NCBI GenBank assembly: GCA_964016885.1
Contig: OZ024743.1
Location: 346,890,001 to 346,954,000 of the forward strand
DNA from: Eledone cirrhosa
Lineage: Eukaryota
Length of the DNA: 64,000 nucleotides
Direction of reading: 5' to 3'
The notes beneath the pieces were generated by a model. The model was not told where the DNA came from, did no database searches, and saw only the letters and a list, made by a program, of their open reading frames with translations. The position numbers were made by a program, and so were the translations under genes. This document shows, piece by piece, positions 28,801 through 44,463 of this stretch (its first letter is position 1; each line of letters begins with the position of its first letter).

Positions 28801-30338
28801 AACATTCCTTGCCCCTAACTCCTACCAGTGAGGGGAGTAATACATCCCCTTTTGTACGACGCCCGTCTCCAAAACATACCTGCAGTGTCTGTCAAAAACA
28901 CTTTTCCAGCGCAAGCGCACTTCAAATTCATATCCGTACTCACACTGGCGACAAGCCCTTCAAGTGTAGTATGTGTGCGAAAGCATTTACCACTAAGGGA
29001 AACCTTAAGGTTCACATAGGGACCCATATGTGGGGAAACAACCCATCTAGGCGAGGTAGACGAATGTCCATCGAACCGCCTTTTCTTATTGGCCCTAAAG
29101 AGCACCCTTACTTATCTCCTTACCATAGGTCCCCGGAGATTTTCTTTCATCAGTATCCCCATTTCTTAAATGGAATCTCCCCGAAGATGAACGAGATATC
29201 TGTTATTCAGAGTTTAAACGGAAGCCTGAACCACATGCCCCACAACCTAACCGAGTCGCATTTGTCGAGCAAAGAAGATCCTCCACGTAGTGATAGTGGT
29301 GGAGGTCAAAGCAGCATTGATAGTGGACGTAAGAGCACGGAGAGTCTACCATCGTCTTGGCCCAGTGATAGTATGCCTGGCTTAGGAACAGCTCATCATC
29401 CTCTACAGCATCCGCTTCATATGCAACAACAGCAGCAACATCAGAACAGTTTAAGTCCCAATAGTACTAGCATTATTACTAGTGTGGCACCTGTAGTTAA
29501 CAACAGTAACATCAACAACACAAGCAGCAGCAACAGTCCAAATAACAACATAATTATTAACAGAAATTGCAATATGATTAATAACAGTGCGGCTATTGAT
29601 GTTTTAAGTAGCAACGTAAGCAACGATCTACAAATGTCGACCGGTACAGATGGTGAATTAGATCTCAGCATGAAATCAGCTTCCCTGTTATCATCAGCGT
29701 CATCGTCATCCTCTTCATCTTCCTCTTCATCTTCATCTTCATCATCATCGACATCTTTAGTGACCGGTGGTGGTGGTGATGCTGGTTGCGCTAGTGGTGG
29801 TGGTGTTGTCGACAGCAGTGCTGCTGCTATTGCTGCTGCTGGCGGCGGTGGTGTTTGTGGTAGTGTGAGCGGTAGCGTTGTCGTCGGCAGTGTATTAAAC
29901 GGAAGTGGTGATGGTGGTGGTGTAGCTGTCGGTGTCGGTGAAAGTAGTGTTGTTGTTGTCGGCAGCGGCGGCGGCGGTGCTGGAAGCAACAGTAGTAGTA
30001 GTAGTCATAGTAGTAGTATCGGTGGCGGTGGTGGTGGCGCTGGTATTGGCAGTGGCAGTGCTGGTAGCAGTGGTGCTATTTCCAATGCCGGAAGCCCCGT
30101 CTCGTCCCCACTGGCAGCACCTCTTTCCGTCTCACCCCCAACAGTAGTTACCACTCCAAACACTGACGCATCTCTTTTACCGGAAGCTCACCAGAACATT
30201 GCTTCCTGGTCGTGGCGAACACTTTGCCATATTTGTAACCAGGTCTTCCCTACCTCCCCAGCATTAGAACACCACATGCGACTTCACCACGCCACTAATC
30301 CAACCGAAGAACCTCTACGGACTTCTGTCTCAAATTGA
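25822..30338 (+). CDS. sall: Spalt-like (Sall/salm) C2H2 zinc-finger transcription factor, large terminal coding exon
   Basis: TTTTGCAG acceptor at 25821; SAL boxes FTTKGNLK (twice) and FSTKGNMK; conserved [21 protein letters not shown] and NEISVIQ motifs; 9 fingers here plus 1 in the upstream exon; stop TGA at 30336-30338; N-terminus not found in the window. Confidence 0.95.
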
Positions 30339-30766
30339 AATTTCCTCCAACAATTTTTTTTTTGTTTTTAAAATAGTTCAATCAAATGGTTTGAGAGATA
30401 TAATGTCCAAAAGTATTACATGTGACAAGACAAAATTGAAACAGAAACGATAACGTTGATGATGATTGCGATGGATTGGCGGTGATGCTGATGTTTGAGG
30501 TTAATAAAAATAATGAAAAAGTAATAATAATAAAAGTATTTATAAAATCACTATTATTATTATCCTGACTAAAATTTGGAATTACCAACATGGAAATATT
30601 CCGAAGGTATACCTGAAATCTGTAAAAATTACATTATGCATACGAGAAAAGGGAAGCCATAAACACACCGATGTTTGAGTGTGTATAGGTATATGCAAAC
30701 TTTCATAAAATTGCATACAGAGTGAATTGAGTGCATACATACAATAAAAAAAAAAATGTAATATAA

Positions 30767-30798
<32 letters not shown>

Positions 30799-31402
30799 GT
30801 GAAAACAACGATTCACAGGACAATTATAAATGGTAATAACAAGAAAAAGTCACCACACAATTGATCCATTGTGGTTCTTCAAAATAAAATAAAAAGGACA
30901 AATACATTTTTTTTTCCATAACTCGGAAAAAAAATTGACCTGTTTTACCGTTTCAAAATTTGCCCCCACTACCCCACAAAAATGATGTTGTTATGACAAC
31001 GAGACTGAACTTGTGTATAAATAATTAAAATAAATAAATTGAACAGAGCAAGAAAAGAAACAAGGCCATAAAGAAGAAAAAAAATGAGAAAAAATTTAAG
31101 CTAAATTTAAAAAAAAATAAAGCAAGTTTGAGGAATCAAACTAAACACGACATAACACACGGAAATATAGAAAAGACTATAATATTTCTCTGGCAAGAAT
31201 AGTTTTGACACACACATCTGTTATTTCATAGAACTGGGTGATGAGGACAATTCTAGGTGAATGTGTGCGTGTAAGTGTGTATGAAAGTGTTTTTGTCGCG
31301 TGTGTGTGTGTTTACCTTCCTTTTTCTTTTCTTTTGCATTTTTATGTATATAAAAGTGAGTGTGCATGTGTGTGTACAGTTGCATTCATTTCAATCCGTA
31401 TT

Positions 31403-31459
31403 ATATGTATATATATATATATGTATATATATATGTATATATATATATTTATATGTATG

Positions 31460-31492
<33 letters not shown>

Positions 31493-31531
31493 GTATGTAT
31501 ATGTGTATATATATATCTATCTATATATATG

Positions 31532-31563
<32 letters not shown>

Positions 31564-32661
31564 TATGTATGTATGTGTATATATATATGTATGTATATGT
31601 ATATGTATATATATATGTATATATATATATGTATATGTATGTATATGTATATATATATGTATATATATGTATATATATATGTATATGTATATATATGTAT
31701 ATATATATGTATGTATATGTATATATATGTATATATATGTATATATATATAAGTATATATATGTATATATATGTATATATATGTATATATATATAAGTAT
31801 ATATATGTATATATATGTATATATATGTATATATATGTATGTATATATATGTATATATATATATATATATGTATGTATATGTATATATGTATGTATATGT
31901 ATATATATATGTATATATATATGTATATATATATGTGTATATATATATGTATATATATATATATGTGTATATATATATGTGTATATATATGTGTATATAT
32001 ATATGTGTATATATATAGGTGTATATATATATGTATATATATGTGTATATATATATGTATATATATGTGTATATATATATGTGTATATATATAGGTGTAT
32101 ATATATGTGTATATATATATGTGTATATATATAGGTGTATATATATATGTATATATATATGTATATATATGTATATATATATGTATATATATATGTATAT
32201 ATATATATGTATATATATATGTATATATATATGTATATATATATGTGTATATATATATGTATATATGTATATATATATATGTATATATGTATATATATAT
32301 ATGTATTTATGTATATATATATGTATATATATATGTATATATATATGTATATATATATATGTATATATATATGTATATATGTATATATATATGTATATAT
32401 GTGTATATATATATGTGTATATATATATGTATATATATATATGTATATATATATATGTGTATATATATATGTATATATATATATGTATATATATATATGT
32501 GTATATATATATGTATATATATGTATATATATATATGTATATATATATATGTGTATATATATATGTATATATATGTGTATATATATATGTATATATATGT
32601 GTGTATATATATGTGTGTATATATATGTGTATATATATATGTATATATATATATATATGTG

Positions 32662-32736
<75 letters not shown>

Positions 32737-32857
32737 GTGTATATATATATATGTGTATATATATGTATATATATATATATATGTGTATATATATGTATAT
32801 ATATATATATATGTGTATATATATGTATATATATATATATATGTGTATATATATGTA

Positions 32858-32929
<72 letters not shown>
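31403..32929. repeat. 1.5-kb complex (TA)n/(TG) array downstream of the sall stop
   Basis: TA alternation with G interruptions. Confidence 0.95.
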
Positions 32930-32930
<1 letters not shown>

Positions 32931-33287
32931 CAGGAAAAAAGCACCAGCGATAAGAAAATATGTGTTTTCTTTCTTTAGAGAGTTTTTAAAATATGTATTA
33001 AACTAACTTATACATGTTAAAATAAAATGAAAAAAAAAAAAGAATAAACACATAAAACACACATACAGAACATTTTGGGAGAAGAGGATTAAAGAATGTG
33101 TAATTGTAAATATATATTGATATATCATTGCACTACACATTTAAAGAAAAGGCTGAAAAAGTAGAAGTGATTTATACAGAAAATAATTCTACGAAAACTT
33201 TCCATTTTAAGGATCAGCGGCTTTTGACAACGTGTGTAAGAGTTATGTTTATATGTAGCAACACCAGAAATATACTATCCACTAGCA

Positions 33288-33321
<34 letters not shown>

Positions 33322-35130
33322 GCAGGCGCCTAATTCAAACTCACATGCACACACACACACATACACATACACACACACACATATATAGATATGTATAGAT
33401 ATATATGTGTGTGTGTACTCGTGCATACGTAGACATTCCAGATTTGCGTCTTGACAATCTCGCAATCAAACATGGCATCAAAACTGAATGGAATTAAAAA
33501 GACAGGAGTTACATACAGTACCAGCACATCAACACTATTAATAAAAAAAAAACAGTGCTCCTGGTGGTTGATGGTGATGTCGTTAGTGATGATGATTTCA
33601 TTCATGATTTAACTTAATGGAATAGGGCTGACACTTGTGCGGCATATAATAATAATAATAATTATTATTATTTGTTTATTTTTATTGAATTATAACTATT
33701 AAGGTAATTACGTTAAAAGTAAAAGTACCACTCAACTACTTAGATCGACACCCCCTTCCCTCTTAATTACTACGTGCCTGAATCAGAAATCAATATTTAT
33801 TAATTAATTCACGTATATGAATGCAACCGATGACTTTACAAGTTGTTGGACGTTTTGGTTTTGCTAAATGTGCATCATCGGGGAAGCACTGAGGGATTAT
33901 TCATCTCCTTCTTCTAAAGCTGTACGTATGTGTGAGAAAGGTGTATTAATATAAACTCAATTCCTTTTTTTTTTTTTCACGAATCTCACGACATGTCAAT
34001 TTCCATAGTTCATTGCAATGTGAAACTTGAATCGTGTGAAAGGAATTCGGTCTAAGAAAAACATACACACCAAAACTCTTCCTCATTTGTTGAACATATA
34101 TATGATGTAATTCACTAAGCAAACTACATGCCGTTTTACTTTTGGCATGAAAATGACCCATAGTCATGTAATTGCTCAATTACATAGTGATGTCTTGTGG
34201 AATGACATGATTTCTGATAGCTGAAGATGATGACGACAAAACATGGGATGGTGTTGAGGATATTGGTAGCAATTTTACAAGTATACCTGCATAATTCTAT
34301 GTTCTCATCCTCACTAATTTAGAACGGTTGATTAGTAGAATTGTTGAGCCCCTGTCAAATACTTTGCATTATTTGTTCTGTCTTCTGTCATGCTCACCTT
34401 TATATTTGACGTATTCGGGGTTGAAAATAATGTGCTAGAATTGTTTAAACCGACTTTCTTCCTCACCGCTAAATTGTTTATCTGGTGCATAAATTAGAAA
34501 CAGTTGTTATACGGGCTAATTAATCATGGGAAATAGAAATCATGATGATACTTATATATTGAAAATATCGAATCCATAGCCGAAAAAGACCGTAGATGCA
34601 TTGCATTGCGTATGTCAGTAGGCAGATAACCTGGTATACAGCTCCGCTTTGCGGCTGGTTGAGAAACTCTATCGTTCTTTGAAAAAAAAACCCCAAATGT
34701 CAGATCTTTAGTTGGATACGGCAGTGCTAGATCGTTTCGTAATTTATACTTACAGCACTCTATAGTATTTATAGAAACAGAACAACCAAGGTCATTATTG
34801 TACTTGTGACATTAAAACCACATATATCCTCCCTATTGTTTTTTCATAGTTTCCTTTTTCTTTCAGTATTTTTTTTCTCATTTATTTTTCTTGAATCTCT
34901 TTGTTACTATCGCTTTTGTTTTAAATATTTATTTAACATTACGATTGATAAGAAGCTCATTCGTAGATTCAATGGATTGATTGATTTTTTATTGTTAATC
35001 ATATTATTATCATTATTATTACCGGCTAATTTATTGATTAGCTAATTAAATGGCTAATTACAAAGAATGATAACTACGTTTGAATATTTCACAAATATTT
35101 TCTTAACTCCCACCATTTTGTTTACGATAT

Positions 35131-35185
<55 letters not shown>

Positions 35186-35967
35186 GTTAGGCTTGTAATG
35201 ATAGCAATGTATATATAAATGTGAATAATTTTGCTTTATCTCTGTACATGGGTAATCAAAGGAGAAGGTTTGTGCTCTTGACATATTAGATCGTCTACGA
35301 CTGGTTAAGTTGATGTGGCTAATGGTCAGATGGAACGTACACAAGTTGATGTCTTCCGAATAATTAGAGCAGGTCGTGGTGTCACAGCCGGACATCGTGT
35401 TATGATATAATTCATAATACTAATCGTCGCTGACTTATCTGCTGAAAGAGCAAACCTCACTCTTATATGAAGTAATTCGCTACGGGTTAATCTTCACTTT
35501 TACTATGTAGATAGTATATTAGTATATGAATACATTAATGTATATATATATATGAATGTATCTATATATACGTGTATACATACTATTTCGTATATTCATT
35601 ATTCACGGAAACTAAAACTTTTATAGAACAGACACTTCTATAGCAATGTTTGTGTTTTCATGACAAATCTTATAGCTGTATTTATTCAAACTCAGGGATA
35701 TCACTGTTTTTATATTACAATTTTTAATTTTGGTTTCAGTAGAATTTCTGATAGATCTTAACGCTCTGTTACATTTTCTTCTATATTGCTTTACTTGAAA
35801 AATGTTTCTCGTAACACAAAATCGATGCACATTTGTGTCTGTGGGATTATGTGTGTATACGATGTGATGAATGACGTATCCCGCAACGTTATATATTAAT
35901 GCTCTCTCACATCTGAACGATAAGCTAATAATTTTTTCCGCCGTGTTTTGGTGCCTCTGTCTCCGCG

Positions 35968-36230
<263 letters not shown>

Positions 36231-37620
36231 ATTAACGTAGAAGGATACAAATACACAGGTGTGTCGGTCCACGATGTTCAAGCATTTGTAACGTGCGTGC
36301 GTTTTGGTCATCGAATACAATTTTTATTCTCTCTTCTTCTGAATTGACTTTTTCCATATTTTGATTACTAGTTCTGTAGTATTCTTAGAGTTCTTTATTT
36401 AATCCGCTTAAAATTCTCCAGGCTATGTATCTGTTGCGAAAGAATGTCAACCGCAAAATATTGCTGCCCTATCTAACGCTACGAAACCGGAACTAAATAT
36501 ATGAAGCTGGTCTTTGAAGCTCCGGATACTTTCTTTCATTTTATAAATTATTTATTTAAAACATTTTTCCTTCCAATTCTTCCTATTAGGATATATAATT
36601 TGTGGCGTAAAACGTTTTTGAGTTCTGGTCAGCTTGTGTTTCTTCTCTATTTTTTCTCTCAGTCTTTCTTTTTTTAGTTTAAAATTTACTTGATCTGAAG
36701 TAATTTCTATTTAATCTGGATCCATTTCTCAGAAACTTCATGGGTTTGGATGTTTAAAAACTGATTCTTTGTTTTACAACGAAATATCTGCTACTGTTTC
36801 TCATTAAACTCACCAAAAATATAATTTATTTTGGAAATGAAAATCTGTTCTTCTAAATTTTTCGAATATTTCTGTTTATCTATTTTATTTGTTTTCTTTT
36901 CTTAACTTTAAAGGAATAGTTAGAATTTTCGTTTAGCTTTTCTAATGTGTTTCTAGCTTAATTTTTAATTATTAATTTACAGGAAATAAACCAATTAAAA
37001 CGATCAACAACATACACACCATAATAATATTTCTTTAAATCTACAGAATATGTAATTTTGGTTACCTAAATGCAAAAACAAAACAAAAAATATATATAAC
37101 CAACACTGTATACAAATGCTAATAGTTATGAACTTGTTCCGAAATGATAATTCAGGCTAAGGTTTTCCTTCTGTTTACACAAATACACAATCATACAGAC
37201 TTTGGTTTTCTAGAATTCCAAAGATTCCCATCAGGCCAACTATAACTACCCCATTCTTACTGTTATAAAGACTACGTCTAAAATATTACTTCACAACCAT
37301 CGACGGCGTCGTCATTAGCGTCATTAATCATGAATCACCATCACCCAATGTTTTAAAGAGTGGTATTGTAAGTAACAATAAGTTCCTGCAACCTATATAT
37401 CTATCCTACAGAAATTGTATTATTATTATTATTATTATTGTTAATATTGTCATCATCCTCGTAATCATCATCATCGGCGTTTATTTCAAAAGTGATAAAT
37501 GATGTAAAACAAACAAACAAAAACACCTCAATATATAAACGTAAAAAAATGTACAGGAAACATAAATATGTAACAAGATACACTGAGAAATACACAAACA
37601 CACATGTATGAGAATGTATA

Positions 37621-37677
<57 letters not shown>

Positions 37678-38900
37678 TATATATATGTATGTATTATATA
37701 TATGTATGTATGTGTGTATATATGTTTATGTTCTGACATGCACACATACATACACACCAACAAAAAAGAAATCTAAACCCTCTTAGTCCGTGTGTTTGAC
37801 TGTTTACCCTCATATTACAATTTATGTATTTTGGGTGAGTGATATATATAGCGTGCTTTTATCTCGATTGCAAGGTTGTGAGATTTTGTGCGAAATGAAC
37901 AAAAAATAAATATATAAACATTTAAAGAGTAATAGTTGATACACATTGTGAAAGATAAAGAAAAAAATGACAAAAAATAAAGAGAAATATGAAGCAGATC
38001 TTAAGAAGAACTTACATATGTATGTATATGTTGTATATGCATTTATATACATCATAGGTGTTCTAAAAAAAAAAAAAGATTTTCTATTGAAACAATTATG
38101 AAAAGTTTGGCTCCATTAAATTACATTTTGATTTATAAGCAAAAATACAGGAACACGTACGTGTGCATACATATACTCATAAGTATATATACATTCGGAT
38201 GATGAACATATATAATGAATAATTGGAAGATAACTATGTATAGATACATCTATACATATATCACAAACACACAAAAACGAAAAAAATGAACAAAACCCAC
38301 AGACATATACATATATATGTATATATATATATATTGGTATATGCATGTATGTATGTATATATGAACACTGTGAAATTCTGTTACAAACAAGTGCGGGTTA
38401 TATATAAACCATTGCGTAGCTATATTCAGCAATCTATTACTTAAATAAAGGAAAATTTGCTCTACCAAATTCATTGAAATGTGTTGGTGTTTTCTGTATT
38501 TTTATGTCATATATTGAAAAAATATCAAAGAAAAACATACCCTTTTCATACATATTCATGTGGCTTTGTAGAATTGGTTATTTCTTCCCTTATCTTTATT
38601 CATTCCTTTCCTTTCTCTCGCTCTCTCTCATTGTATATGTGTGTGTGTATATATATACATAAATGTGTGTCAGTATATATATATATACGGAGAATATAAG
38701 TACATTCATTAAGGAATCCACAAGTCTGTTGAGCTATTGATTCGCGAGTCAGGTCTTATCGTACCTTGAGCTGATCGATCGCGAAACGTGCGTCTCATGA
38801 ATGGTGCTATACTGTTACTTCATTGCTGCTCCTTATTATTATATATGTATATATGCATAAGTGATGTATAAATACGGTTCTTTGTAATGGTAGTACTATT

Positions 38901-39082
38901 TAATTGTTTCTACTTTAGGCACAAGGCCAGCAATTACCCAGTGCATTACTGGTACTTTATTTTATCGACCCCATAAGGATGAAAGGCAAAGTCAACCTCG
39001 GCGGGATTTGAACTCAGATCGTAAAGGGACGTAACTATGCTGGAAAGCATGGCGTCCGACCCTCTACTGATACTGCCAATCC
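38901..39082 (-). mobile_element. SINE family 1
   Basis: GTTTCTACTTTAGGCACAAGGCCAGC...GGCGGGATTTGAACTC...TACTGCCAATCC. Confidence 0.85.
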
Positions 39083-40949
39083 ACATGCACACTAATAATA
39101 TGAAGCTTTGTATAAATAGATACTATCTTATGATATTTCATCTGTAATTATATTATTTGGAAGCAGACTTTAGCAGCCGGTAGCCGGTGTTATATATTTT
39201 CAAGCATTTTTATATTTCATTTAGAATATAATTGCTGTATTTAATTTCTATTGTCTTTTGAAGGCTGCAGAGATTTATTTAGAAGTATATACAATTATTT
39301 CTGTCTATTCGCCCTCAACTACATAGTGTTTTCTGCCATAGAGCCACGACGTCCAAAGCCTTGTGATGAACATCTGTTTGGGAAAACTATTTTTGTTCTT
39401 GTGTCCATCACCCGGTTGAACACCACCATATGGTCCTTGGTTACCGTCGATGTGGGCAACACTGCAATTGTGTTAGCTCTCATGTCTCCGTATAAATTCA
39501 TCCGCTTTACTCGGAGTCTGTGGGGTCGGTGATAAATGTTGTTCTCCTTCATGCGTGTAAACAATTAAATGTAATGAAAAACATCATCACTTTATCAGAA
39601 CTAATTATGTGGTACAATATGTGACTTAGCTCCTTCAGAGCTGTCTGGAGAATGCAATGCTGTGTTGTACTTAATATTGCTGGAATAATCTGAGTTGTTA
39701 CAAAAAATGTACTCGTACACAATATATAAATATATGATGTTTGTTTTCTTGAAATTATCGTGAATGCATTTTAAAAATTCTCTTTTTTTCAGCTACCTTC
39801 AATTTTCGTTTATAAGTTAGAGCTTATAACATTTGCATTTTATATTTTGTTGAAGCTAATTGCTTCCGTATGCAGAAACAACGTGAATTTACGTGTTTTA
39901 TTCTCACTTCACTATATTTAGCTTTCCACTAATATTCAATTTCTCTGGAAATAGTCTAGCCTAAAAACGATAAAGTAAACATAAGTCATGTCCTGGTCTT
40001 CATATAAAAAGACCATACCTCTAAAATGTGTTTCCTCTGAGAAATCATTATTCCTTCATCCCGAAGAGCATGTGTCCTACATGCTGTCGTCATTCCACAT
40101 GTAGGATGTTGTAAATCAGATGCTATTCATTTTTGGAAGAAGAAATATGTTGGTTTGATTAGTATTACATTCGACGGGTTCTATATGATTGGTTGTATAT
40201 GGGTGAATTGTCACACTATGAGAATTGTTATTGTTTCAGATAGAATATCATTGCATTTGTCCCGGTTCTTTGCACTCTGAATTTTTCATTTCATCCAGTC
40301 GGAGTTGATAGAATAAAGTACCTGACCATGGAGGTAAATTAGTTGAATTGTAAGAATATCGGATGAAATGCCTTAGAGTGTCTGCTCACTTTACGTTCTG
40401 AGATCAAGCTTCATCCAAGAAACGCAAATTATAAATGCTGCAATGGCGAATTGGGGCCATATACACTACAGTCAAGCGATTATGGGTTCTGAAATTAGAA
40501 TCCATGTTTATTCATAATGTCGCCAGCAATATGTATGTATGGGCCCTTGAGTCCTTATTGAGTCACAGGGGCGCCATATATATATATAGCATATTTTGTG
40601 GATTTAAATACATATGAGTTCCATTCCTTGTAGTGGAAGATTTGATCCCATAACATGACTGGTATTGTATTTTTCGTCCTCGAAAAGAAGAAAGGCAAAA
40701 TTGACCTAATCGAATTTCGAATTTAAATAGCCGGATTAAATATTGCGAAGAATTTTATCTGATGTTCTAACCACTCTGCTAATTCCTTGCCTCTACCTGT
40801 AATTTTGACACTAGATATTCATAATACTTACGCCATGTACCAAATGTATTGATTGATATTGCGACTATGACAAATCGTTTCTAATTTTTCTCCATGCAAT
40901 ATATTTCCACCAATATAATTTTGTATATCCGTAATAAGGCATCATTAAT

Positions 40950-41136
40950 TGTTTCTACTTTAGGCACAAGGCCAGCAATTACCCAGTGCATTACTGGTAC
41001 TTTATTTTATCGACCCCGTCAGGATGAAAGGCAAAGTCAACCTCGGCGGGATTTGAACTCAAATCGTAAAGGGACGTAACTATGCTGGAAAGCATGGCGT
41101 CCGACCCTCTACCTATACTGCCAATTCACCGCCATT
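40950..41136 (-). mobile_element. SINE family 1 with 16-bp target site duplication
   Basis: Same consensus; ATAAGGCATCATTAAT at 40934-40949 and 41137-41152. Confidence 0.9.
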
Positions 41137-41229
41137 ATAAGGCATCATTAATAAATACTTGTAACACGTGTATTTGAAAATTGATTTTGCCTGTCTACAA
41201 ATTGGTAGATTTCTTTTGAAAATAATAAT

Positions 41230-41618
41230 AATTGTTTCTATTTTTGGCACAAGGCCAGTAATTACTCAGTACATACTGGTACTTTATTTTATCGACCACG
41301 TAAGGATGAAAGGCAAAGTTAATCTCGGCAGGATTTGAACTCAGATCATAAAGGGACGTAAATCTATGCATCAAAGCATGGTGTCCGACTCTCTACCGAT
41401 ACTGCCAATCCACAATAATGATTTCTAGTATAGGCACAAAGCCAGTAATTTAAGGGGGAGGGGAAAGTCAGTTAAATCAACCCCAGTACGTTACTGGTGC
41501 TTTATTTTATCGACCCCGTAAGGATAAAAGGCAAAGTTAAACTCCGCGGGATTTGAACTCAGACCGTAACTCTATGCTGCAAAGCATGGTGTCCGACTCT
41601 CTACCGATACTGCCAATC
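41230..41618 (-). mobile_element. Two adjacent SINE family 1 copies (about 41230-41412 and 41415-41618)
   Basis: Consensus repeated head to tail. Confidence 0.8.
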
Positions 41619-43030
41619 GGATTGACCAATGACTTTTGAAGAGATTTTGATAGACGGAATCTGCGGCAGACTGTTTTATATAAGTTCTGTTACTTTGTGT
41701 CCCCATGACGTAGCTGTTTGACAAATGGAGATATCTAAAATAATTACGAACAAATCATAAGCACTTGTTCGACCTGATTAACCACAATTCTGGATGTGGT
41801 GAAAAGTTTCTAACATAGAATTTTGGGAGATGGGGATGTAATCATTACTTATTGAATTTGGCATCTGATTACCTTTTTTTTTTTATCGATCCCGGATGGA
41901 TGAAAAGTAGAGTTAACCTCACGAAGAATAAAAAGCTGAGTTGAACTCAGAACGTAAAAGGGCCTAATTGAAAACTGCAAAGACATCTATCTAGTACCCA
42001 AAGGAATCCGATAATATACATATCATCTTCAAGTGTTTTCAAAGCAGGGATATTTTAAGAGTAAATATATGATCAAAACTCAACATGATTACTGTTATTG
42101 GTTGAACTCAAGACATATATTGCCAGTGGTCAATAATCCCGTCCGAAAAGTAAAAGTTGAAAACCTGTCATTGAATGTAAGTTCAATCTTAGGAATCTAG
42201 GAAATAAGTGACCTTACTAGTCAGGTGATTTGCAGTTCATTCCTCTAATGACTGTACACCAGTGACATTAGTCCTCTTGTAGATTGAAGTACGTTTTAAA
42301 TATTTTTTCACTAACCGTTCAACACACTAGTATGAACTGACGATTACTAATCATATGGATAGAACTTATATTAGTCAACTAATGGCCGACTACACACAGG
42401 AATTTTACTAAGTATGTCTTTCAGTCAAAAGTATTGATATCCTGGTTAAATATCTGAACCAGTACAATGTGTCATGCATCCACTAGTCTTTAACACAGTT
42501 TCTTTCACACAAAAGCACACGCAAATGTGAGGTACTAACATTATAAAATGTTGATACATACATACATGTGTGTATGTATATATATATGTGTGTGTGATTA
42601 TTAATTACATGTTTTAACGTAGCATGTGTCTCCTAAAATAACTGTTGTTTTAAGAATCTTTATGAAGAAAATCGAAATTTTTAATGTCTACGTCCCAATG
42701 AATATGACCAAAATAATAGTCGATCGCAATAAATAGCAGTTGTCAGAAGATCGTGTAAAGAATAATATTTTCTGGAATTGCTAGCTAGCAGCTTATTAGA
42801 ATAGTGATTATAATGTTTAGCCCTGAGTCACAAGTTTCGATTCCTCAGAGGCACTTCTGTTTACCTTTACCCCTCTTATTATGGCCATTTGAGTTGGGAT
42901 GTACAAATTTCAAGAAATCAATATATATGGATATATATATAGTCACACACAGACAGAAACACATGTAATATTCCCTTCATTTCTATCTATCATTCTGACA
43001 AAGAAAAATAAATACATACCTAGTTGAAAA

Positions 43031-43215
43031 TAATTGTTTCTACTTTTGGCACAAGGCCAGCAATTATCCCAGTGCATTACTGGTACTTTGTTTTATCGAC
43101 CCCATAAGGATGAAAGGCAAAGTTAACCTAGGCGGGATTTGAACTTAGATCATAAAGGGTCGTAACTCTATGCTGCAAAGCATGGTGTCCGACCTTCTAC
43201 CGATACTGCCAATCC
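43031..43215 (-). mobile_element. SINE family 1
   Basis: Same consensus. Confidence 0.85.
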
Positions 43216-43864
43216 TACCAGTAAATTATGTCATTGAAGATTAAGAAGACTTTTTTTGCAGTGAGATGATTAGAGTTACTAGAAAAAGAGAAGATAAGTA
43301 ATATATATTGAAGTGTTAATACTAATCTCAAAATTTAATTAATACAATCCTGAATTTTATTTTAGGATTCGAACGGAGCGGAATAATCACGTCTTTTATT
43401 GACTGAATGCATAAATATATATCATAATTGTTTTAACTAAACCTATACGACAATATATTTTATAGATTAGCCAGGGTCATAAAAGGCAGGACCCGTTTCT
43501 CTTTTTAGGGCGTGCAAAATTGGTGCCAAATCCTTGTTTTGTTGAGTGTACTGAATGAAACGAGTAAACAACGGAGCGGTTAATCTAGTAGTTAAGTAGA
43601 TCCCGGTGGTGTTTGTTATTAGAACACAAGAGACCTTCACAAATACTGTAACGCATCTTCTCCGACGATCTAACAATTCCGAAAAATCTATACTGCCAGC
43701 CTGGTAATTTAATTCATCGGACCTGGACGTAATTCAAACTTAGAAATCGGAGGCCAGTATGAACACCACAAAGCACTTTGCCCAAGGCTCTAACGACTTG
43801 AACAATTCTCGCTTACATTATGACGAGCATCACTCATGATATATATATATATATATATATATAT

Positions 43865-44020
43865 AACGAAGGAAATGTGGTAAGGAACCAGGTGGACCAT
43901 AACTCACCAAAGTACTCAATACTTGAGGTAGTAGAGTGGGTAATAGGAACCAGTAATAGGAACGAGTCCAGAATTAGCCGTCGAAACGCCTTGAGCCCAG
44001 CTGTCGGGGTCTTACTGGTT

Positions 44021-44023
<3 letters not shown>
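43865..44023. mobile_element. Family G mini fold-back element (internally deleted) between (TA)n
   Basis: AACGAAGGAAATGTGGTAAGGAACCAGGTGGA...; shares sequence with 48481-48653 and 62424-62594; TAGCCGTCGAAAC half hammerhead. Confidence 0.7.
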
Positions 44024-44071
<48 letters not shown>

Positions 44072-44378
44072 GTTATATAATGTGTTTGTGTGAGTATTTA
44101 CGCGTATATACGCGCCTGCATGTATGTGTGTGAGTACATGCATGGTTGGGTGCGTGTCGCTTGGTGTCCGCACTGATTGGTCAATAACCATATTTGGTGG
44201 TGTGTGTCTGGTAGGGGACAGAGTTAGATGAGATTTTGGTTACGCTTGATTAACAAGCCTGATGAGCTGAGAGTCCTATAGCATTAATATAGATCCTGAA
44301 CCATCCATCGTGTAACTAAGTATGTGTGAAAACTCGCTTCGTTTTCAATATATATATATATATATTTTTTAAATATAC

Positions 44379-44463
<85 letters not shown>

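Noticed and set aside
26138-30147. Antisense and alternative-frame ORFs overlapping sall
   Set aside because: Expected shadows of a low-complexity coding exon
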